Shown here in pieces: positions 1 through 5,662 of a DNA stretch of 10,451 nucleotides. Each line of letters starts with the position of its first letter. Position 1 is the stretch's first letter. The notes beneath the pieces are model-generated. The model had not been told where the DNA came from. It saw only the letters and a program-made list of their open reading frames with translations, and did no database searches. The position numbers and the translations under genes are program-made. This DNA is from a virus (Duplodnaviria; Heunggongvirae; Uroviricota; Caudoviricetes), in the IMG/VR virus record IMGVR_UViG_3300026560_000023; one strand, given 5' to 3'.

Positions 1-8
1 TATGTCCA

Positions 9-20
9 AACAATTATATA
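9..20 (+). promoter_or_regulatory. Putative archaeal TATA box (AACAATTATATA; core TTATATA 14-20) for the ORF1-ORF2 unit
   Basis: TTATATA matches 7 of 8 positions of the archaeal TTTATATA-type box and has an A-rich (BRE-like) stretch upstream. A start site ~25-28 nt downstream would lie just before ATG 55. A similar motif occurs at 10425-10437. Confidence 0.5.
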
Positions 21-43
21 GTGACCATTACTAAGAGGAAGCA

Positions 44-48
44 GAGGT
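44..48 (+). promoter_or_regulatory. Shine-Dalgarno-like GAGGT upstream of ORF1
   Basis: GAGGT lies 6 nt before ATG 55. The same 11-mer context CAGAGGTAGTA (42-52) recurs at 1912-1922 before ORF5. Confidence 0.55.
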
Positions 49-54
49 AGTAAT

Positions 55-504
55 ATGGGTACACATCTTCACGACACTGGTGAGGAAGCAATGCTTCGTG
101 ATTTCTTCACGGAGGACCTCGCTAAGCCTGCATCGTTAACTATTGGGCTTTTTAGCGATTCCACTGCAGCACTCACAGACAGCGAAGACGTAGCTGACTT
201 GGCGAACGAACCAACCGGGACTTCCTATTCTCGGCAGACGGTTTCGTTCGGCACGACAGACTTCACAGTAGAGGATAACGCAAATAACAACTGGCAGGCG
301 GTCATTTCAGACGTTACATTCGACACGTCTGATAGTACCGAGGCAGTAGACGCTTATTTCGTCATTATCAACTTCCAAGCAAACGACAAGGGAGACACGT
401 CTGCTTCGGACCACCTGCTCTTCACGGGCAATCTCGACCAGGAGTACAACCTTAGTGGTATTGACAGCTTCACTCTGTCAGGCTCCGGTCTGTCCCTGAA
501 CTAA
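55..504 (+). CDS. Small acidic virion structural protein (149 aa), phage tail-fibre-associated type
   Basis: Clean ORF with SD and a consistent codon pattern. The motif 'IGLF..........E..G..YSRQ.V.F....VTF.....VDAYF......LLF.G.L...L....F.L....L.L' resembles, from memory, a widespread family of ~120-150-aa phage structural proteins encoded next to fibre genes. Not database-verified. Confidence 0.75.
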   Translation: MGTHLHDTGEEAMLRDFFTEDLAKPASLTIGLFSDSTAALTDSEDVADLANEPTGTSYSRQTVSFGTTDFTVEDNANNNWQAVISDVTFDTSDSTEAVDAYFVIINFQANDKGDTSASDHLLFTGNLDQEYNLSGIDSFTLSGSGLSLN

Positions 505-522
505 AGGGACAACGAATTCAAA

Positions 523-526
523 GGAG
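523..526 (+). promoter_or_regulatory. Shine-Dalgarno-like GGAG upstream of ORF2
   Basis: AAGGAG precedes ATG 532, with GGAG ending 5 nt before it. Confidence 0.5.
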
Positions 527-531
527 CAATA

Positions 532-1143
532 ATGGGAGTATTTGAAAACGCAGAAGCAATGGAAGCGACCGGGAAGATTGACCAAGACGACCGAGAAACC
601 CACGGGGGCGATGACGAGGAAGAAGCTCCATCTCTATCGGAGCAGCGTATTCCCTCGAACACCACTTGTCCGTATTGTGGAGCAGAGCCTACGGGTGATT
701 CCAAGGTAAAGCATCAGCTTTCTGCTGTAGGTTATCTCCACGACGACATTCATCTGGAATGCTCGGAGTGTGATGAAAAGTGGGCCTGCGGCGTTCCTAT
801 CGGACAGGTAGATGACGGATATAACGAAGACCTCTACTGCGATTCCTGTACAGACCGATATATGCAGATTCACCGTCTGCAGGTAGACTTCAAAGGGATG
901 GCAGAACGTCTACGTCAAATTGAGGAGGAGTCTGGCGTGGCCTCCATTAACCATATGGAGCGCGACGAACTTGCAGAGAAGATTAATCCCCTTCTTACAA
1001 TTCACCTCAAGTGCCCGAATTGTTACTACTTTAAGAAGATTAGTCGCACATTCGACGACCGCGGTGTTGCTCTTATGGGCTTCCCTGAAATCACGGGAAG
1101 TCGAGAAGGAGCATCCGAGTACGGCTGGAAGGTCGACGAATAG
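532..1143 (+). CDS. Hypothetical protein with four CxxC motifs (two zinc-ribbon-like repeats) and an acidic, probably disordered N-terminus (203 aa)
   Basis: CPYC, CSEC, CDSC and CPNC motifs; IHLECSEC / IHLKCPNC internal repeat; SD present. Confidence 0.85.
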   Translation: MGVFENAEAMEATGKIDQDDRETHGGDDEEEAPSLSEQRIPSNTTCPYCGAEPTGDSKVKHQLSAVGYLHDDIHLECSECDEKWACGVPIGQVDDGYNEDLYCDSCTDRYMQIHRLQVDFKGMAERLRQIEEESGVASINHMERDELAEKINPLLTIHLKCPNCYYFKKISRTFDDRGVALMGFPEITGSREGASEYGWKVDE

Positions 1144-1160
1144 GCGTCCTTAATTTTCTC

Positions 1161-1176
1161 CAAACGTTTATTTTTT
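1161..1176 (+). promoter_or_regulatory. Putative leaderless-type haloarchaeal promoter (CAAA + TTTATT) for ORF3-ORF7, overlapping a T-tract
   Basis: TTTATT at 1167-1172 is centred ~28 nt upstream of ATG 1198, and AAA sits at about -35. This is the geometry typical of leaderless haloarchaeal transcripts. Confidence 0.45.
1167..1176 (+). terminator. Putative archaeal oligo-T terminator after ORF2
   Basis: TTTATTTTTT lies 23 nt after the ORF2 stop (with TTTT at 1154-1157), in the longest internal intergenic gap (54 nt). Confidence 0.4.
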
Positions 1177-1197
1177 ACTAGCGATAAGCATAGGTAG

Positions 1198-1569
1198 ATG
1201 CACGCCTTCAAGGTAATATCTTATGTAAGGTCATCCTCCTCTGAAGAGCATAGTCTTTCTGCTCGGATGAATAACCATATTCTTTCACGGTTTCTCACCG
1301 TTAGTGATAGGAACGAGGATTTTCGATACGGTAGGTCTGAAGACGTCACATACAATCCAAACGTCGTAGAAGGAATGTTTTTATTCAATGAATTTGAAAA
1401 CAAAGACGAAATTCTACATCTGTTAATCAATGAGGTTTTACAAGACATAGACAATTATAAAATAGGTTATCATCTTTGTCAAAATAATGAATGTACTCTT
1501 GAATCTCCATGTAAAGAGTGGACGAAAGAAAAGGAAAGTGGAGATATGCCCCACACAATAGAATTATGA
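1198..1569 (+). CDS. Hypothetical protein with C-terminal YH-x-C...C motif (123 aa), paralogue of ORF4
   Basis: The ORF fills the gap and its stop overlaps the next start (ATGA at 1566-1569). C-terminus DNYKIGYHLC...C.EW.KE..GDMP aligns with ORF4 DWYIIRYHVC...C.W...KE.GNPP. Confidence 0.8.
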   Translation: MHAFKVISYVRSSSSEEHSLSARMNNHILSRFLTVSDRNEDFRYGRSEDVTYNPNVVEGMFLFNEFENKDEILHLLINEVLQDIDNYKIGYHLCQNNECTLESPCKEWTKEKESGDMPHTIEL

Positions 1570-1925
1570 AGTCTCACATGATTAGATTCCGATGTTCAAA
1601 CGTCCCAGAGGAAGCAGAGGATGCACTAAATAACAAGATTAAAACGTGGGCGGGAGGACATTCAGAGGTCTTAGAAGAACGTTCTACATCCTTCAAGAAA
1701 ATGGGAGAAACGTCTTTAGACCCAGTAGAATATTTTGTTATGACTAAGCGCTTCGATTCAGAAGACAATGAAGTCTCTCTAATAGCGGGCCTTGAAAATG
1801 CTCTCCGAGACTATGTAGACTGGTATATTATACGTTACCATGTCTGCAATCACGGGGAAAACAACAAAGATTCATGTTCGTGGGACATCGTTAAAGAGTA
1901 TGGAAATCCTCCAGAGGTAGTATAA
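1566..1925 (+). CDS. Hypothetical protein with C-terminal YH-x-C-x-H...C motif (119 aa), paralogue of ORF3
   Basis: Start reassigned from the track's GTG 1518 to ATG 1566 (ATGA coupling with the ORF3 stop; length then matches ORF3). The stop TAA abuts the ORF5 ATG. Confidence 0.8.
   Translation: MKSHMIRFRCSNVPEEAEDALNNKIKTWAGGHSEVLEERSTSFKKMGETSLDPVEYFVMTKRFDSEDNEVSLIAGLENALRDYVDWYIIRYHVCNHGENNKDSCSWDIVKEYGNPPEVV
1914..1918 (+). promoter_or_regulatory. Shine-Dalgarno-like GAGGT upstream of ORF5
   Basis: GAGGT lies 7 nt before ATG 1926, inside the end of ORF4. Confidence 0.5.
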
Positions 1926-4400
1926 ATGGGACTTAGGATATATTCAGACGTCACGCTGCATGGTCATAAGTTAAACGCTACCGTCTACGAAAATGTTGGC
2001 GGGGGTACTGGCAGCGAAGGGACTGATGACTATGGTAACAGTTACGATAACAAGAGAACCTGGAAAGTCCCAGATGGAGAGAAGACCTGGATTATGCCAG
2101 GAATCTCTGGAGACGCAGAGAGCGATTACTGGGTCGAACTGAGGCAACAATATCAAGGCTCTGGTCCCGAACCCGAAGTAGATAAATTCATGCTGGACGT
2201 TCCAGCAGCGAGTGAAATCGTTATTTTCTATGGGGAGGACCCGACACTCATAGAAGGAGAGCCCCGGACCGCAGAAGACAAGAGTCTTTTCTGGGATACA
2301 GACGTAGACTGGGGGCAGTCTCAAGCACAATCAAACGTCATGTATGGGGATGATGCTCAGTTCAATCCATGGACTGAGACACAAGACCTTTCCAGGGAGC
2401 GATGGTATTTCGGAGCGAGATATAACGGAACTTCGGACGAAATGAACTTTGAAGGAGACGTTGATGAAATTCGTCTCTTTGATGAACCTCTTTCAGACCT
2501 CGACATCTACGCTACCGAACAAACGTCTAAAGGCAGTAATGGAATTCCCCTCACAGATGAGACCATTGTTGATGATGGCGGAATACATCGTTATAGCATG
2601 GATAATGAGGACATTGATTCTGGAATCATTAAAGACACGTGGGGAGCGCAAGATGCTACGATGGGCACCGGGATAACCACTGGAGTCCAAGGAATTTCTA
2701 AGTCGGAGGCTATCAGCTTTGACGGGTCTGATAACATCACTACAAACTGGGTCCCATCATTTGGAACGGGGGACTTTTCTGTCTCTATGTGGGTCAAGCA
2801 AGATGGTTGGAGCGATGATACGTTCGCTGCTACATACAATACGAACAGTGAAAGTACTGGGTTTATCTGTGAATACTATTCAGGGAATCTAAGATTTTGG
2901 ATTGAAAGTTCCGATGACCTTCAAGTATCTGCGAATATTCCTACAGAACAATGGGTCCATCTCGCATTCGTTCGTCGGAATGGAACGCAATATATCTATA
3001 TGGATAACACACTTATAGGGTCTCAAAATTCTACTAATAGCGCGGATACTTCTTCAGACCCCTTTGAACTCGGTAGCCGGGGAGGAGCATCGCAAGGCAG
3101 AGTATTAACTGGGGAGATGGACGAAGTGAGGGTTTACGATAAAGGACTTACAGAAACCGAGGTAGAAAATCTTTATGTCTACGAAGGCCCGGTAGGCCTT
3201 GCCCGGTACGAAGTAGACAATGTTTCTGGTAGCACCCTCCCAGATTCCTGGAATAATTACGATGGTACCATAACAGGAGCAACCGTCGTTTCCGGTGGTG
3301 CTCCAGATACAACAGACTTCTTGAGTTTCGATGGAGATGACTATGTGGATATTGGCGACGGCCTGCCAATACAAAAGGATTTCACAATCTCTGCTAACAT
3401 CAGGTGGGATGGAACAGATAGAGGATACGTATTCAACGGAGAATTGAACGGGAGCGAGTCTGATTTCCAGCTGTTGGTTGATGGCAGTGGAGACGTTCAA
3501 TGGAAAATAAAAGAGAGGGATGGAGTCGGAGATATTACCACATCCTATTCCCTCGACTCAAACACGTGGTATCATATAACAGCTGTTTCAGACGCGTTCA
3601 GCCAAGAACTGAGATTATACATCGACGGGGTTAAGCAGAAAACCTCAAAGGTAATAGGGTCTTCGAGAAATTCCTATAACGGTCTCGAAGGGTCTGTGAG
3701 CCTCGGTTATCCAAGTGAAGATGAAAATGGAAGCAACCTCTGGGCATATTATCCTCTGGGCGAAGAATCGGGTTCCATCGCAGTAGACGTAACAAATAAT
3801 AAGTATGATGGAACGTACTTAGATGCTAACCTCGGTTCAAACGGGATATTAAGCCAACCATGTCCTACATTTGATGGGATAGATGACGGGATAGACCTTC
3901 CATCTGGATTGGATTTCACCGGAGAATCTGCCATTACTGTCTCTTGCTGGTTCAAAGTAGAGGCAGGCGTTCTTGGAGGGAGCAACACGTTCCATATGGT
4001 AGGAGACGAAGGAAATAAAACGTTCATTTTAAGATGGGAGAATGGGATGTTCGAGTTTATAATCCACGATGGCTCTACATGGCAACAAAACGTCGGATAT
4101 AACAACAATCCTACGACTGGAATATGGCATCATATAGCCGGAGTATATGACGGGTCTGACTTGATATTCTACTACGATGGAGAAGAAGTAGATAGACGTC
4201 AGGGGATAGACTCCAACCTCGGAGGGTTCGGGTCAGCAGCTCCAGCTATCGGTTATAGAAGACTTGAGGATGACCGGCATTGGGATGGAGAACTTGGACA
4301 CATCCGGTTGTATAATAGAGCCTTGTCATCTAATGAGGTATTCGAGGACCTCTATGATGTCACTAAGGGTTATATAACTACAGACTCACGACTATTATAG
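1926..4400 (+). CDS. LamG-like / concanavalin-A-like jelly-roll multi-domain protein (824 aa); putative viral adhesin or tail/fibre glycan-binding protein
   Basis: Repeated LamG signatures SFDG.D, F(S/T)VS.W.K, W.H.A.V, Y.DG and G..DEVR.Y...L...E...LY. Complete domains at ~2583-3176 and ~3738-4355, a C-truncated domain at ~3198-3674 and an orphan C-terminal fragment at ~2382-2510. Confidence 0.88.
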   Translation: MGLRIYSDVTLHGHKLNATVYENVGGGTGSEGTDDYGNSYDNKRTWKVPDGEKTWIMPGISGDAESDYWVELRQQYQGSGPEPEVDKFMLDVPAASEIVIFYGEDPTLIEGEPRTAEDKSLFWDTDVDWGQSQAQSNVMYGDDAQFNPWTETQDLSRERWYFGARYNGTSDEMNFEGDVDEIRLFDEPLSDLDIYATEQTSKGSNGIPLTDETIVDDGGIHRYSMDNEDIDSGIIKDTWGAQDATMGTGITTGVQGISKSEAISFDGSDNITTNWVPSFGTGDFSVSMWVKQDGWSDDTFAATYNTNSESTGFICEYYSGNLRFWIESSDDLQVSANIPTEQWVHLAFVRRNGTQYIYMDNTLIGSQNSTNSADTSSDPFELGSRGGASQGRVLTGEMDEVRVYDKGLTETEVENLYVYEGPVGLARYEVDNVSGSTLPDSWNNYDGTITGATVVSGGAPDTTDFLSFDGDDYVDIGDGLPIQKDFTISANIRWDGTDRGYVFNGELNGSESDFQLLVDGSGDVQWKIKERDGVGDITTSYSLDSNTWYHITAVSDAFSQELRLYIDGVKQKTSKVIGSSRNSYNGLEGSVSLGYPSEDENGSNLWAYYPLGEESGSIAVDVTNNKYDGTYLDANLGSNGILSQPCPTFDGIDDGIDLPSGLDFTGESAITVSCWFKVEAGVLGGSNTFHMVGDEGNKTFILRWENGMFEFIIHDGSTWQQNVGYNNNPTTGIWHHIAGVYDGSDLIFYYDGEEVDRRQGIDSNLGGFGSAAPAIGYRRLEDDRHWDGELGHIRLYNRALSSNEVFEDLYDVTKGYITTDSRLL

Positions 4401-5660
4401 ATGGTCGTAGCAAACGTTTCTGTTTATCAGGCTAATGCAAGCCCCCTCAACCCTGATATATACATAACCGCTTCGGCCGAGATTCGACGGGATAGAACTA
4501 CATCGTCGGGTTTTGAAGCCACATCCAGCGTTACGGTTTCAGGGGTCACTCTCCCGACTGGTTCCGGGAAGTCTCTGGTCTCTAACAGTACAGTATCCGT
4601 TGTTGGTTCTACAGATGTTTCTTCATCGACCTTTCAAGCGGAAAGAGCATACGGCGATTACGCCATAGCAGATAGAAGTACAGGTAGTAGTGGCTTTTCA
4701 GAACATGGAAATATAATCGAATCGTCGGTAGAACGGAAGAGAAAATTCGACGAGATAGAAGTAACGTGGATGGCAGACGTAGAGACACTTGAAAACTTAC
4801 TACGTCCTCTAAACAAATATCCTGGGAAATATGAAACAATCGAACAAGAAGACGGTGGGTATTCCAAAATAGATATCAGTCCATCTTCTTCTAACACGTA
4901 TACTCTTATTCCTCCAGATGATATGAGTCCTCCAATGAGAGAAAAGGAGGTTCTGATTAGCGGATATAAGGAGAAATTAGCGTCTGATACAACGTATGAA
5001 GTATCCATTAAATTCGCCCCCTCCACAGAAGACTCCTTAACTGGAAATGAGCTTCAAGAAAGTTATACAGGGAAGAATACAGAGTGGAAGTTCATTATGT
5101 CAGATTCTACCATCGTTACTGGTAAGGTTACATTAGATATCAAAGGAAAAATATCTAATTCCACATCGACATTCAAACTTACTATGATTCTGAATGCTGA
5201 CCAGACAGAAACCTTACAAAATAATGCTTCTAAGGCAGGAGCTGTAGATGTCTGGGATGTAGATGAGGGAGTAAATTACCTAGTCGATAATAACAATGAC
5301 AACCGAAACACCGTTTACATTCAACCGCCGGATACATCTTTCGTATCCAACGGATATTATGCAATATCTGATTGGAAATATACTTCCATAGGGCTTCGAC
5401 AACACGAAGTTCAAATAGACATCATAGCATTCCCCGATTCGGGGGAAATTACAAATGCAGTATCGGAAGCTGCCCAACCTCTATCGGTATCTACAACGAC
5501 AGAAAGTCTCATAGCAGATTCCGAAACAGCCACCGGCGATATTGAGACGTTGGTTGGAAACAGCCAATTCTTAAATAGTGAAATAATGAATATCGAAGCA
5601 GAGATTACAGATGCTGCAACCGTAATAAAGCGTCCAAATCTCATCATTAACGTAGACTGA
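4401..5660 (+). CDS. Putative tail/fibre structural protein (419 aa): Ser/Thr-rich repeats flanking an internally duplicated ~245-aa module shared with ORF7
   Basis: Long ORF abutting the ORF5 stop (TAG-ATG). aa ~103-345 align by eye with ORF7 aa ~1046-1291. Confidence 0.82.
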   Translation: MVVANVSVYQANASPLNPDIYITASAEIRRDRTTSSGFEATSSVTVSGVTLPTGSGKSLVSNSTVSVVGSTDVSSSTFQAERAYGDYAIADRSTGSSGFSEHGNIIESSVERKRKFDEIEVTWMADVETLENLLRPLNKYPGKYETIEQEDGGYSKIDISPSSSNTYTLIPPDDMSPPMREKEVLISGYKEKLASDTTYEVSIKFAPSTEDSLTGNELQESYTGKNTEWKFIMSDSTIVTGKVTLDIKGKISNSTSTFKLTMILNADQTETLQNNASKAGAVDVWDVDEGVNYLVDNNNDNRNTVYIQPPDTSFVSNGYYAISDWKYTSIGLRQHEVQIDIIAFPDSGEITNAVSEAAQPLSVSTTTESLIADSETATGDIETLVGNSQFLNSEIMNIEAEITDAATVIKRPNLIINVD

Positions 5661-5662
5661 CA

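Noticed and set aside
34-47. 14-bp match AGAGGAAGCAGAGG at 34-47 and 1607-1620
   Set aside because: The second copy is ordinary coding sequence (PEEAE) in ORF4; it is a purine-rich coincidence with no consistent positional context.
1141-1200. ORF2 and ORF3 share a frame with 17 open codons between two TAG stops
   Set aside because: A 17-codon open stretch is common by chance, a fusion would need two read-throughs, and the gap looks like a terminator/promoter.
1518-1565. ORF-track start (GTG 1518) for ORF4
   Set aside because: It overlaps ORF3 by 52 nt. ATG 1566 gives a classic ATGA coupling and a length matching the paralogue.
3661-3690. 8-bp inverted repeat CTTCGAGA...TCTCGAAG at the right edge of the permuted LamG cassette
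   Set aside because: A few 8-bp stems with short loops are expected by chance in 10 kb, and I saw no matching structure at the left junction. Revisit only if the junction maps exactly here.
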